Below, piece after piece: positions 42,080 through 53,853 of a stretch of 64,000 nt of DNA; positions within the stretch are counted from its first letter, which is position 1, and each line of letters opens with the position of its first letter. The notes beneath the pieces were generated by a model that was not told where the DNA came from, ran no database searches, and worked only from the letters and a program-made list of their open reading frames with translations. The DNA lies in contig CAVSJV010000005.1 in the NCBI GenBank assembly GCA_963728405.1, positions 416,001 to 480,000 of the forward strand, written 5' to 3'. This DNA comes from Methanomassiliicoccaceae archaeon. Lineage in GTDB: Archaea > Thermoplasmatota > Thermoplasmata > Methanomassiliicoccales > Methanomassiliicoccaceae. The position numbers and the translations under genes were made by a program.

Positions 42080-44065
42080 ATGAGTAATGACCAGTCATCT
42101 GCCGCGGGACGTGGACTTGACGTCGACGAATGGGTCGATGCTCAGGGTTTCCAAACTACCGCGGACATCAAGATCCCGGACAAGCTCGCCGACCAGGTCA
42201 TCGGCCAAGACGCAGCGGTGGCGATCATCAAGAAGGCCGCCGAGCAGAAGCGTCACGTCATGCTGATCGGTGAGCCCGGTACTGGGAAGTCCATGCTCGC
42301 CAAGTCAATGACCGAGTACCTGCCCAAGGGCGAGCTCCAGGATGTCATCGCATATCACAACGCGGAGGATCCCAACGAGCCCAAGGTCCGGGTCGTCCCG
42401 GCCGGCAAGGGCAAGGAGATCGTCACCGCTCAGAAGAAGGAAGCGATGGCCAAGAAGCAGCAAAAGGCCTCCATGGTCACTTTCATCATATTCATGGTGC
42501 TGCTGGTCACCGTGGCGATGTACATCACCATCGAACCGCACGACATCAACATCATCCTGGTCGGCATCATCGCCGTGGCCATACTATTCTTCGCCATGCG
42601 CTACTCGGGCAATCGGCAAGAGAACTATATGGTGCCCAAGCTCCTAGTGAGCCATGAGGACGGCGACTCGCCACCATTCATCGACGCTACTGGATCCCAC
42701 GCCGGTTCCCTGCTGGGCGATGTCAAGCATGATCCATTCCAAAGCGGCGGGCTGGAGACTCCGGCCCACGAGCGTCTGGAGGTCGGTGCGATCCACAAGG
42801 CATCGAAGGGCGTTCTGTTCATCGATGAGATCAACATGCTCCGGATCGAGAGCCAGCAGAGCCTGCTGACTGCCCTTCAAGAGGGCAAGTTCTCTATCAC
42901 CGGGCAGAGCGAGAGGTCCTCGGGAGCGATGGTCAAGTCGGAATCGGTTCCCTGTGACTTCATCCTGGTGTGCGCCGGTAACCTCGATGCTATCCAGGGC
43001 ATGCACCCTGCGCTGCGGTCCCGCATCAGGGGCTACGGCTATGAGGTGTTCATGCGCTCGACCATGCCAGACACCTCCGAGAACCGCATCAAGCTCGTTC
43101 GCTTCGTCGCCCAGGAAGTGGCCAAGGACAAGAAGATCCCCCACTTCGACCGTAGGGCCGTCGGAGAGATCGTCAAGGAGGCCCAGAGGCGTGCAGGCCG
43201 GCATGGCCGCCTGACCCTGAGGCTCCGCGAGCTCGGTGGTCTGGTCCGCGTGGCCGGGGACATCGCCAGGGAGAAACAGAAGCCCCTGGTGACCGTTGAG
43301 ATGGTCGTCGAGGCCAAGCTCATCGCCCGAAGCCTGGAACAGCAGATCGCCGACCGCTACCTCGAGTCCCGTCAGGAGTACAAGACCTTCGTGACCGAGG
43401 GCGAAGAGGTCGGGGTCGTCAACGGTCTCGCGGCGCTCAACACGGCGTCCTCGATGTCCGAGTATTCCGGCATCGTGCTGCCCATAGTGGCCGAGGTCAC
43501 CCCCGCCCAAACGAAGTCGGGCGGCAGGATCATCGCCACCGGCAAGCTGGGCGAGATCGCCAAGGAAGCGGTGTCGAACGTCTCCGCCCTGATCAAGAAG
43601 TACACCGGGGAGGATATCTCCAACCACGATGTCCATGTGCAGTTCGTCGGCACCTATGAGGGCGTGGAGGGCGACTCGGCATCCATCAGTGTCGCCACCG
43701 CGGTCATATCGGCGTTCGAGGATGTGCCGGTCGATCAGAGCCTGGCCATGACCGGTTCGCTGTCGGTCCGCGGTCAAGTGCTGCCGGTCGGCGGCGTCAC
43801 CGCCAAGATCGAGGCGGCCTGCGAGGCCGGGCTGAAGCGCGTGCTCATTCCCAAGGCCAACATGAGGGACGTGGTGCTCGAGGAGCGCTATATCGGCAAG
43901 ATCGAGATCGTGCCGGTGGAGACCCTCGGCGATGTCCTAGAGAAGGCGCTGATCGGAGGGGTCAGGAAGGAGAGCCTCCTAAAGAAGCTCGCCATCCTGG
44001 TGGACAAGGGCAACAAGCCCTCCATGCACACCCCCGTCACGCCCAGCCGGCCAACGGTTCAGTGA
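42080..44065 (+). CDS. lonB: Archaeal membrane-bound Lon protease LonB
   Basis: GEPGTGKS, two TM insert in the AAA+ domain, [16 protein letters not shown]. Confidence 0.95.
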   Translation: MSNDQSSAAGRGLDVDEWVDAQGFQTTADIKIPDKLADQVIGQDAAVAIIKKAAEQKRHVMLIGEPGTGKSMLAKSMTEYLPKGELQDVIAYHNAEDPNEPKVRVVPAGKGKEIVTAQKKEAMAKKQQKASMVTFIIFMVLLVTVAMYITIEPHDINIILVGIIAVAILFFAMRYSGNRQENYMVPKLLVSHEDGDSPPFIDATGSHAGSLLGDVKHDPFQSGGLETPAHERLEVGAIHKASKGVLFIDEINMLRIESQQSLLTALQEGKFSITGQSERSSGAMVKSESVPCDFILVCAGNLDAIQGMHPALRSRIRGYGYEVFMRSTMPDTSENRIKLVRFVAQEVAKDKKIPHFDRRAVGEIVKEAQRRAGRHGRLTLRLRELGGLVRVAGDIAREKQKPLVTVEMVVEAKLIARSLEQQIADRYLESRQEYKTFVTEGEEVGVVNGLAALNTASSMSEYSGIVLPIVAEVTPAQTKSGGRIIATGKLGEIAKEAVSNVSALIKKYTGEDISNHDVHVQFVGTYEGVEGDSASISVATAVISAFEDVPVDQSLAMTGSLSVRGQVLPVGGVTAKIEAACEAGLKRVLIPKANMRDVVLEERYIGKIEIVPVETLGDVLEKALIGGVRKESLLKKLAILVDKGNKPSMHTPVTPSRPTVQ

Positions 44066-45152
<1,087 letters not shown>

Positions 45153-45162
<10 letters not shown>

Positions 45163-45291
45163 GCACAGCTCCGCCGGCTCAGGGTGATCAGGAACGCCAC
45201 GATGCCTCCCCCGACGATCGCCCCGATCCCGATGTCGGTGGCGGCGAACAGCCCCCTGCTCCGCTTCAGCTCGCTCTTCCGTGTCGTTCAT
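45153..45291 (-). pseudogene. 5' remnant of an APC-family amino-acid permease
   Basis: SELKRSRGLFAATDIGIGAIVGGGI resembles the APC TM1 signature (ELKRxLGLxxxxxxGIGAIIGxGI); truncated after about 45 codons. Confidence 0.6.
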
Positions 45292-45369
45292 TAATATCTG
45301 AGCCAGGCATTAATTAGATCCGGGGCTCGGAACGGCACGTTCATATGCTTCGGGTGCTGAAAAGGGACC

Positions 45370-45729
45370 GTGGCCGTCGAGCGGGTGGAACGGATCATCA
45401 TCCAGCGTATCGCGATGCTCGAGCAGAGCAATCCCGAGCTTAACACCGAATGGGCCATCATAAACGATGACTGGGGCCTCATATCCGTCAGCCAGGGGGA
45501 GGAGCTCATCGGCTTCGAATACGTCGAATCGGAGATATCCTGGGCCCGTCCGGAGAGGGTAAAGGTCTACGAGGAGACGTTGAAGCAAGGGTTGAGCGTC
45601 GTTGTCATCGTTCCCGAGGAAGTGTTCCTGGAGATGAGGGAACGGGTCGCCTTGGTGCTGGGCCGGCGGGCGCCGGAGGTGCTGAGCTATGACAGCATCG
45701 GCATCACTGCCCTGCCTCGGCCCTCTTGA
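45370..45729 (+). CDS. Hypothetical ~120-aa protein, paralog of 23311-23676
   Basis: Colinear similarity to the first copy. Confidence 0.78.
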   Translation: MAVERVERIIIQRIAMLEQSNPELNTEWAIINDDWGLISVSQGEELIGFEYVESEISWARPERVKVYEETLKQGLSVVVIVPEEVFLEMRERVALVLGRRAPEVLSYDSIGITALPRPS

Positions 45730-46419
45730 TCAGGCCAGGGAGGCGCGGAGGAACGGCTCCCACAGGGAGTCCAACGATCCAACGATCCTGTCGGTGAGGT
45801 CGCCCGGCAGGTCCTTTCTGCTGAAACCGACGGTGAAGGCGGCTCGGCGGCCCCAGCGAGGCTCTTGGGTGATGTGAGCATCATCGTCTCCTTCCAGGTT
45901 CAGGTCCGAGCCGTACACCGAGGTCATGTATATGTTCCCGGCCAGCGCCCGGTCGGTCTGCTCCCTGACCGCCGGCTCGTTAAGCGCTTGGACGCAGGGG
46001 CTTTCGTCCTCGACCTGTGGACCAAAACGCAGTCCGAACTCCACGACCCTTCGTACTGGCGGAACGGGCGTCCCGATGTACAGGTACAGGAGCGGGGATC
46101 GGCCGGCGTCCCTGCCCTTGAGGCGGACCCGGGCCCCGATGTCGGTATCGACCTTGCCGTTGAAGATCAATGGTCTGGGCTCGACGATGAACCGGTCCTC
46201 GCTCTTGGACCTCAAGAAGGCCTCGAGCACATCGGAAACTAGCTCCTCGGGGCGCCGGTCCCACTTCATAAGGAAGCGCTCCACCTGCCCGAGGGTCCTA
46301 CGGTCCAGCACCTCCTTGGTCTCTGGATCGCCATCATTACGGCGCTCGGCAGGGATGTGGAACAGCGGCTCGGTAAGTTCCAGAATATCATGGACGCCCC
46401 GGTCGAGTTGGTGGTCCAT
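45730..46419 (-). CDS. Hypothetical protein
   Basis: 229-aa ORF with globular composition and coding-like codon use; no recognised motif. Confidence 0.65.
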   Translation of the reverse strand: MDHQLDRGVHDILELTEPLFHIPAERRNDGDPETKEVLDRRTLGQVERFLMKWDRRPEELVSDVLEAFLRSKSEDRFIVEPRPLIFNGKVDTDIGARVRLKGRDAGRSPLLYLYIGTPVPPVRRVVEFGLRFGPQVEDESPCVQALNEPAVREQTDRALAGNIYMTSVYGSDLNLEGDDDAHITQEPRWGRRAAFTVGFSRKDLPGDLTDRIVGSLDSLWEPFLRASLA

Positions 46420-46522
46420 CGGTCAAGCTCCGACCGCCCGTAAGCATTTAGGCGTGATAATGCTTCCATCGGGGAGGGGTGGAAAACTTCAATATCTTGC
46501 CATCTGATATGCCGTCATTCTG

Positions 46523-47371
46523 GTGCATGGGATGGGATCAATAGCGAAGAGCATACCGACCGGGGTAGCCGATTTCGACTCGATAATCAAGGGCGGATTT
46601 CCCGCCGGCTCGGTCGTACTTCTGGTAGGTGACATCGGCGCGGGGCAGATGGAGTTCGCCCTGACCTCGGCGGCCAAGCTGGCCATGGTCAAGGAGAACC
46701 CGGAGAGCGTCGCGTTCATGCTGGGCGCCGGCAAGGACTCTCGGCTTCCGGAGAAGATATGCTACATCACCTTCTCCCGCTCCCGGGATGAAGTATTGGC
46801 GGAACTGCAGAGCGCGTTCAACGGGGACTTCTACGATGCGTTCGAACGCCTGGTAAAGTTCAAGGACTTCTCGTCCGCCTACTTCCGCAAGACCATGGTG
46901 CCGCGTTCATGGGCCGGAGAGGCCAGCTCGATCTTCGCCTCCGGCGGCTCTTCCGACAACATCCTCGAGGAACTGGTCAATTACCTGGACGAGAACGCCC
47001 CTGGCTCGATGATAGTCATCGACTCGCTAACGGACCTGGTCGTCAGCGCCAACATCGAGATCACCGACCTGATCGCCGTCCTTCGCGGCATGCAGAGGGT
47101 GGCCAAGAAGTGGGGCGGGGTCGTTTATCTCGTTCTGACGAACAACGTCCTGGATGAGAAGAAGCAGCGGATGATCATGGATTCGGTGGACGGTTCCCTG
47201 GTGTTCGAATGGAGCCGGTACGCCAACTCCTCCAGGCGGCAGCGCTACATCTATGTGGAGAAGTTCATCTCCCTGATGCCCCACCTGGACAAGGAAAGGA
47301 TCGCCAGGTTCGCAACCGTGGTCACGGCACAGAGCGGACTGGTGGTCATCGACACCGAAAGGATCGCGTGA
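46523..47371 (+). CDS. KaiC/RAD55-like ATPase homolog with degenerate Walker A
   Basis: IPTGVADFDSIIKGGFPAGS, GDIGAGQME (no GKT), IVIDSLTDL. Confidence 0.85.
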   Translation: MHGMGSIAKSIPTGVADFDSIIKGGFPAGSVVLLVGDIGAGQMEFALTSAAKLAMVKENPESVAFMLGAGKDSRLPEKICYITFSRSRDEVLAELQSAFNGDFYDAFERLVKFKDFSSAYFRKTMVPRSWAGEASSIFASGGSSDNILEELVNYLDENAPGSMIVIDSLTDLVVSANIEITDLIAVLRGMQRVAKKWGGVVYLVLTNNVLDEKKQRMIMDSVDGSLVFEWSRYANSSRRQRYIYVEKFISLMPHLDKERIARFATVVTAQSGLVVIDTERIA

Positions 47372-47376
47372 TTGAC

Positions 47377-48072
47377 ATGGATCGGGTGAAGACGGGAATA
47401 GAAGGTCTCGATGAGATGTTGGAAGGCGGCCTGCCCAGGTCACAGGCAGTGGCCGTGATGGGCTCATTCGGTACGGGCAAGACAACGTTCGGGTTGCAGT
47501 TCATACAAGAGGGACTGAAGGCCGGGGAGAAGGGCATTTTCATCAGTCTGGAGGAGGACCAGGAATCGATCCTCAATAACGCTCGCTCCTTCGGCTGGGA
47601 CCTCCAGCCGTATATCGAGCAGAAGAAACTGGCCATTGTTAAACTGGAGCCGACCGACGCCAAGACGACCATCACCCGCATCAAGAGCGAGCTGCCCGAG
47701 TTCATCAAGTCGTTCGGAGCGTCCCGCATCGTGCTTGATTCGGTGTCCCTGCTCAACCTGCTCTTCGACACCGACCACGAGAAGCGAACGAACCTCTTCA
47801 ACCTCATCCAGATGATCAAGAGGACCGGGGCGACCTGTTTGATGACCGCGGAGGTCAGGGACGACAACCCCAACGCTTCGAGGGACGGTCTGATCGAGTA
47901 CGCCGTGGATGGCGTCATCGCCCTGCGCTACGAGGAGCTGAAGGAGAAGGCCGAGATCCAGCTCACCGTCCGGGTGATGAAGATGCGCCGCATCCAACAT
48001 TCCCGGCGGGTTAAGCCGTACGCCATCACCGGTAAGGGCATCGAGGTCCACGCGGCGGCAGAGGCGTTCTAG
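47377..48072 (+). CDS. Single-domain KaiC-like ATPase
   Basis: TGIEGLDEMLEGG, GSFGTGKTT, SLEE, VLDS, VMKMR. Confidence 0.92.
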   Translation: MDRVKTGIEGLDEMLEGGLPRSQAVAVMGSFGTGKTTFGLQFIQEGLKAGEKGIFISLEEDQESILNNARSFGWDLQPYIEQKKLAIVKLEPTDAKTTITRIKSELPEFIKSFGASRIVLDSVSLLNLLFDTDHEKRTNLFNLIQMIKRTGATCLMTAEVRDDNPNASRDGLIEYAVDGVIALRYEELKEKAEIQLTVRVMKMRRIQHSRRVKPYAITGKGIEVHAAAEAF

Positions 48073-48112
48073 TCGGGCCGACAGGATGAATAGGCGGGGG
48101 TCGGAACTCTAG

Positions 48113-48661
48113 GTGATGTCCGAACCCTCGCGCCAGGTCGTGCTGTATGTGGCGATCAGCTTGGATGGCCGCATCGCCCGCCGGGACGGAAGCGTCGACT
48201 GGCTACCGACCGGAGGAAGCGAGGACTTTGGTTACGGACAGTTCCTGAGCACAGTGGACACCGTGATCATGGGGCGGCGGACCTACGACCAGCTGCTGAC
48301 CTTCGGCCCCTTCCCCTATGGCGGAAAGCGAACCTTCGTCTTCTCCCGCCGCCGCCAAGGAAGGGATGAGAACGCAGAGTTCGTGGACCGGGCGATCGGG
48401 CCGTTCATGGCCGCGCTGCGCTCCTCGCCCGGTAAGGATATCTGGCTGGTGGGAGGGGCCGACCTGGCCCAGGCATTCTTCAGAGCCGGGGAGGTGGACG
48501 AGGTGATCATCACCATCGTCCCTCGCGTCCTGGGGGACGGTATCGCCCTGTTCGAGGCAGGCGGTCCCGAGATCAATCTGGAGCTGGAGGAGACCAGGAT
48601 CTATCCTCAGGGCCTGGTGCAGATGCGCTATGGGGTCCGAAGATCGACCCCTGGCGTATGA
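48113..48661 (+). CDS. Dihydrofolate reductase / RibD C-terminal family protein
   Basis: AISLDGRIA, IMGRRTY, IWLVGG, LGDGIALF. Confidence 0.88.
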   Translation: MMSEPSRQVVLYVAISLDGRIARRDGSVDWLPTGGSEDFGYGQFLSTVDTVIMGRRTYDQLLTFGPFPYGGKRTFVFSRRRQGRDENAEFVDRAIGPFMAALRSSPGKDIWLVGGADLAQAFFRAGEVDEVIITIVPRVLGDGIALFEAGGPEINLELEETRIYPQGLVQMRYGVRRSTPGV

Positions 48662-48664
48662 TCC

Positions 48665-49777
48665 TCACTCGTGCATGGCCTTGAGCGCCTGTTGCTTCAT
48701 CCCCGAACGATCGACCAGCTGCTTCACCCCTGGCAGCGAGCTTATCTTGGCCATCGCTCTGACGGTACCCCGCTTGGCCTGTATCCTCAACAAGGGCCGG
48801 TCCCTCGCTCCGAGGCGGTACTTGAACTCCTCGGGCCCCGCCCCGAAGTCGAACTGGGTGAAGCCAGCGTTCCTGGCTTCGTTCATCGCGTAGATGGCGA
48901 CGAGATTGCCGGGCGAGTATTCCGAATACCGGTTGTTCATCCCTACCCGGTAGGCACGCATTACGTCGCCGTCCTCCAGGCACAGCATCTGCGAGGCCAG
49001 GGAGCCGTCGATCCACACCTCGTAGACCATCCCTCTTCCTTCCTGCACCGTGGCCATCATGACATCCTTGAGGAACGAAGAGAGGTTCTCGTTGCTGAAT
49101 ATACTCCCTCCCTTCTCCTCCCATCTCTCCATGTGCTGGAGCGCATACATTCCGGTGGCCTCGGCCGCCTCTTCCGGCAGGTCGACGCAACGGTAGCCGA
49201 CGCGGCTCTCCTCTTCCAGCGAGCCGATGGCCTTCCGTATCGTCCGCTTGGTCCGGGACGATACGACGTCCATGACATCGCCCGATACCGGAAGTTCGGT
49301 GCGAGGGCACGGGATGCGTACCAGCTCATCGGTCTCCCAGCGATCGGACACCTGCTCATAGAGGGCCTGGGTCACCGGGTCGTCCTTCATCTCGTTGAGG
49401 TGCAAAACGTTCCAATCGAGGTCGTCCATCTGTTCGATGATGACGTCCAGCACGTCCTCGCGATTTTCCATTATCATGAGCCCCAGGTCGTAAAGCTCAG
49501 CCACTCCGGCTCCGTTCCCGACCATGGAGAGCTTCTTCATCTTGATGCCCATGGAACGATGTTCCATGACCACGAAGGGGGCGAGGCCCACCAACTCGCC
49601 GTCCTCCTCCACCAGCACGACGCGGGGTAGAGCGACGCGATCGAAGTGCCTCAGCCACTCGATGGCCCAATCGAAGGAGGAGAAGATGGAGCCGCCACAC
49701 CGCTTCCGCAGCTCCTCCCATTCAGGTTGAATGGCCAGGAGGTCGGCGGTGGAATCGATGGTCCGGGCCCTCAGCAT
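48665..49777 (-). CDS. GNAT acyltransferase (CelD/BcsL, FemAB-like)
   Basis: FSSFDW..W, YSPGNL, FDFGAGPEEFKYR. Confidence 0.85.
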   Translation of the reverse strand: MLRARTIDSTADLLAIQPEWEELRKRCGGSIFSSFDWAIEWLRHFDRVALPRVVLVEEDGELVGLAPFVVMEHRSMGIKMKKLSMVGNGAGVAELYDLGLMIMENREDVLDVIIEQMDDLDWNVLHLNEMKDDPVTQALYEQVSDRWETDELVRIPCPRTELPVSGDVMDVVSSRTKRTIRKAIGSLEEESRVGYRCVDLPEEAAEATGMYALQHMERWEEKGGSIFSNENLSSFLKDVMMATVQEGRGMVYEVWIDGSLASQMLCLEDGDVMRAYRVGMNNRYSEYSPGNLVAIYAMNEARNAGFTQFDFGAGPEEFKYRLGARDRPLLRIQAKRGTVRAMAKISSLPGVKQLVDRSGMKQQALKAMHE

Positions 49778-51226
49778 GGTCGTTCCTCCGCTACCATCTC
49801 TCTCCCCACATTCCCGCTCCGCTCTGACATATCATTCATCCACTGTCCTCCCTGTCTCCTGAATAGAAATTTTAAACCTCTTACCGGCGCGGTCAGCGGC
49901 TCCTTCCTGAACTCCTTCAGATAGCTGTTCATGATGGCCCGCCGCTTGGCCCCCTTGGCCATGCTCTCGTACATCTGCTCCGAGACGCTGGTGATGCCCT
50001 TGTCCTCGACCGACCGCAGGTCGAAGGTCCCCATCCGGCCCCATTCCTCCAGGCTCTGGGGGATCTCGAAACCCTCTTGGACCGCCAGGTCAAACAGCGG
50101 TGTCCCGGGGTAGGGCATGTAGACGAGGAACTCGGTGAAATCCGGCCTGATCTCCTTGAGCAGCCGGTCGGTGTCCTTGATGTCCTCCACCGTCTCGGTG
50201 GGGAGGGCGTTCACGAGCATGGCATAGACCTCCATGCCTGCCGCATGGATCAGTCTTGAGGCCCGGCGGATATCCTCCACGGTGATGTCCTTGCGGACCA
50301 GGTCCAACATGCGCTGCGAGCCGGACTCGATGCCCATGAGCACCTGCGTGCAGCCTGCGGACCTCATCGTCCTCAGGAGCTCCTCGTTGATCATGTCCGC
50401 TCTGATCTCGCAGTTCCAGATGATGTCTAGATTGCTCTCTCTAATCATGGTGCAGATGTTGCCCACCCGCGCCGGGTCGGTGGCGAACAGATCGTCGATG
50501 ATGATGAACCCGCCCAGCCGGGGGTCCAGGTCCAACAGCCAGCGCATCTCCTTGACCACCATCTCGGGGGAACGGGCGTTCCACTTGTAGCCCCACATGC
50601 TCTTGGTGTAGCAGAAGGTGCAGTTACCTGGGCAGCCTCTGCTGGTGACGATCGGCATGACAGTTCCGGCCTTGCAGCGGGACATGGTATCGCGAGAGGT
50701 CCCCTAGGTCCTCCCACAGAGGGAACGGTAATGAGTCGAGGTCCACGATGCGGTCCCGAGGTAGGGTGCGAACGAGCTTTCCGTCATCTAGGTAAGCGAT
50801 ACCGTTGACCAGGCGGGGATCGGTACCGCTCCTCAATGCTTCCAGCAGCTCCGTGGCGGTCACCTCCCCTTCGCCGATGATGAGGTAGTCGACCGGACCT
50901 TCTTTCAGCATGATCTCGGGCAGGATGGCCGGCCCCGGCCCGCCCCATAGGACCTTCGCCCCTAGCTCCTTGGCCCTCTGGCTTACCACCATCGCCCGGG
51001 CGATGGCCGAGCTGATCTTCACATGGACGCCGACCACATCCGGTCTCAACTCTTCGAGGAGAGCGAGCTTTGTCTCATCGATGGGGTCCCCGCTCCAATC
51101 GAGCAGGATGACATCGAACCCCTTCTGCCGGAGGTATGCGCCGACGGTCATGATGCCGAACGGCGGGGCCACTCTTAGCTCGGCCTCACCGGGCATGAAG
51201 CCCACGTTGACGAGTGCGATCCTCAT
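49771..51226 (-). CDS. B12-binding radical SAM enzyme; +1 frameshift near 50663
   Basis: PPFGIMTVGAYL, WGGPGP, IGEGE (cobalamin domain); TSRGCPGNCTFC; GIESGSQRML; PYPGT. Confidence 0.88.
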
Positions 51227-52408
51227 CCGGCCACCTCCGCCAGTTCCATATAGGCGCGCAGGTACCGCTCCGGAGTATGGACGTCCTCGTACCGCCGCAG
51301 GGCGTTCCCGGAGAACGTGCTCCTCATCCCCTCCTGTCGCTCGAGCATGCGCATGGCCGAGCCGATGCTCTCGGCGGTGGTGTCGGTCACGATCCCGGCG
51401 CCGTCGGCAACCAGTTCGGGAAGGCCGCCGTTAGCCGATACGATCAGCGGCGTTCCGACCGAGAGCGCTTCTATGCATGAGAGTGGGGAGTTCTCCTGGC
51501 AGGTGGACGGTGAGAGAATGGCTATGGCCGACGATACCTCCGCCAGCAGCTCCTTGCGGCCGAGGAAGCCCAGGGCCCTTATCCTTCCGCCGGTCCTTCC
51601 TCCATACTCGCTAACCATCGGCTCCAGACTGCCCCGGCCCAGCACGTGCAGCTCCGAACGGACATCGCACAGCTCGTATCCTTTCAGCAGGAGGTCCAGC
51701 CCTTTATGGGGCTCCAGGACGCCAGCGAAAACGAAGTGGTCCCGTGGTCCGGGGTTCGCGACCTCGTCCGGCCGGGGGACGAAGTTGGGGAGCACCATCG
51801 AGCTGATGCCCAGCCTCTCCTTCAGGAACGACGCCATGTAGTGCGACGGGGCGATCATGCGGTCCACCACCCCGACCTTCTCAACGGAACCATTCATCCG
51901 CCATAGCTGGGGCGGGCGGCCTGAACGCAGGGAGCAGTAGTTGCAGGACCCTCCTACGCACTTCTCCTTCCCCAGATAGGCGAGGTCGCTTCGCGGGCAG
52001 GCCAGCCAGTGATCGTGCGAGGTGAACAGCTTAGGGACGGACCCCACCGACAGCAGGCCCTGGCCCAGCAGAGAGATGTTATGATGATGGATCCAGTCCG
52101 GCCGCACCTCGATCGTCAGGCGCTCCAGCTCGCGCTCCGCGGCCCGGCTTGAGCCGGTGACGTAGGTCAGTGATGCGGCTATGGGGCCGAGCGCCGTCTC
52201 CACCGGGTGGACGTGGACCTCCGAGGCCGCTGGCTCCGGATGCTTCCCCCTGGCCTTGAGCGCGAAGGCGTCCTGGCTGTGTAGCACGTGGACCTCATGG
52301 CCTCGTTTGGTCAGCTCCTCCGCTAGATATCGGACAGTGGATAGCGTCCCCGCCTAAGTGAAAAGGGGGGTAGAATGTCGATGTCATGATGATCCGTCTG
52401 GTCTCCAT
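51223..52408 (-). CDS. GT4 glycosyltransferase; +1 frameshift near 52337
   Basis: STFYPPFHLGGD..., HDHWLACP, HKGLD, ENSPLSCIEA. Confidence 0.85.
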
Positions 52409-52416
52409 CTCTCCAC

Positions 52417-53853
52417 CTAGTGTGCGTGTTTCATCCCATGGAACAAATAGTTGTTGGCAATCTTTAGTGCGTACCGTATAGCCAGGTCCAGGTCCGCCGG
52501 CTCCAACAGGACGTGCTTGATATTGGACCGCCACCATCGGCCGGAGGTATACAGGGTGCGGTAGGCCATCTCCCTCGCCTTGTTGAGGTCCTGAGGGGTC
52601 AGTTTTTCCGTCCCCACCACCGCCTCGTCCTGGAACATCTTGCGGAAGTCCGGCTCGGCCACCAGATGCTTCCCGTAGATCTGCTCATGCAGCCTGGTGC
52701 CGGGATAGGGAACGGCGACGTTGAACTGGGCCGAGGTCGGCAGGGTCTGGCGAACGAACTCCAAGGTCTCCTCAACGCTGTCCCAATCCTCTCCGGGCAG
52801 GCCAAGTATGAACGAACAGAAGGTCTTGATGCCCTCGGCCTTGGCGCTCTGCACTGCTTCCCTCGCCTGCTCCACACTGATGTGCTTCTCCACCGAATCG
52901 AGGATGCGCTGGCTCCCTGACTCGATGCCGAAGGATATGCCCCGGCAACCGGCTCTCCGCATCTGGGCCAGCAGCTCGCGGTCCACCAGATGGGCGCGGG
53001 TGTTGCAGTACCACTTGATGCGCAGGTCTTCCTCCTCCAGCAGACGGCAGATCTCCTCCACCCGCTTCCGGTTGAAGGTGAACGTCTCGTCGAAGAAGGA
53101 TGCCGTCCTCAAGCCATAGCGCTCCTTGAGGAATCGCAGCTCCTCGAGGATGTGCGGGGCGGTCCGCATCTTCCAGGGAGTGCCGGATACGGTGCAGAAG
53201 GAGCATTTGTAAGGGCAGCCCTTGCTGGTGTACAGTATGGTGTATGGCCGTCCGGCCGGCGCAGTGACGAAGTAGGGCTTGAGGTCCGGCAGCAGGTCGA
53301 AGGCGGGGATCGGTAGCGAATCATAGTCCTTCAGCGGCGTTGGATCGCCGGTGGTCCGAACATCTCCCCCCTGACGGTAGGCCAGGCCCGCCACGCTGTC
53401 CAGGGAGACCCCCTGGTCCAGCGCCTCCACCAGCTGGGGCACGACGACCTCATAGTCCTGGCGAACATAGGTATCCATGTTCGGCTCGCCGGCCATCACC
53501 GGATGGGGCATGGTGCGTAGGGTCCAGCAGATGCCGGCCGTATGGATGCTTCTGTCGATCTCCTTGATCGTTGAAGCGGTCCGTTGGTCCCAATCGAAGG
53601 TGGTCGGGGTGAACCGATAGATGGCCACATCGGGCCGGAAGCTCCGGACACGATCGCTCAGCGCCTCATAGTCCAGGTCCCGGCCGTTGAGATCGATCAG
53701 GGAGACCTGATGCCCCGCGTTCCGCAACAGGGCCCCGAGCTGCAGGAGCGAGTAGGGCTCCAAGATCGAGTACCGCTCGGTGACCTCACATCTTTCCTCC
53801 CGTATCACTGCCACTCCCTCAAAACGGGGTGGGTTGGCCAGCAGAACCTTCAG
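52417..53853 (-). CDS. B12-binding radical SAM enzyme; probable CTG start
   Basis: KVLLANPP, EPYSLLQLGALL, TSKGCPYKCSFC, GIESGSQRIL, PYPGT. Confidence 0.88.
   Translation of the reverse strand: MKVLLANPPRFEGVAVIREERCEVTERYSILEPYSLLQLGALLRNAGHQVSLIDLNGRDLDYEALSDRVRSFRPDVAIYRFTPTTFDWDQRTASTIKEIDRSIHTAGICWTLRTMPHPVMAGEPNMDTYVRQDYEVVVPQLVEALDQGVSLDSVAGLAYRQGGDVRTTGDPTPLKDYDSLPIPAFDLLPDLKPYFVTAPAGRPYTILYTSKGCPYKCSFCTVSGTPWKMRTAPHILEELRFLKERYGLRTASFFDETFTFNRKRVEEICRLLEEEDLRIKWYCNTRAHLVDRELLAQMRRAGCRGISFGIESGSQRILDSVEKHISVEQAREAVQSAKAEGIKTFCSFILGLPGEDWDSVEETLEFVRQTLPTSAQFNVAVPYPGTRLHEQIYGKHLVAEPDFRKMFQDEAVVGTEKLTPQDLNKAREMAYRTLYTSGRWWRSNIKHVLLEPADLDLAIRYALKIANNYLFHGMKHAH

Noticed and set aside
39722-43777. 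Long antisense ORFs (489 aa, 377 aa and others) over hel308 and lonB
   Set aside because: Typical shadow frames of high-GC3 genes, with no motifs.
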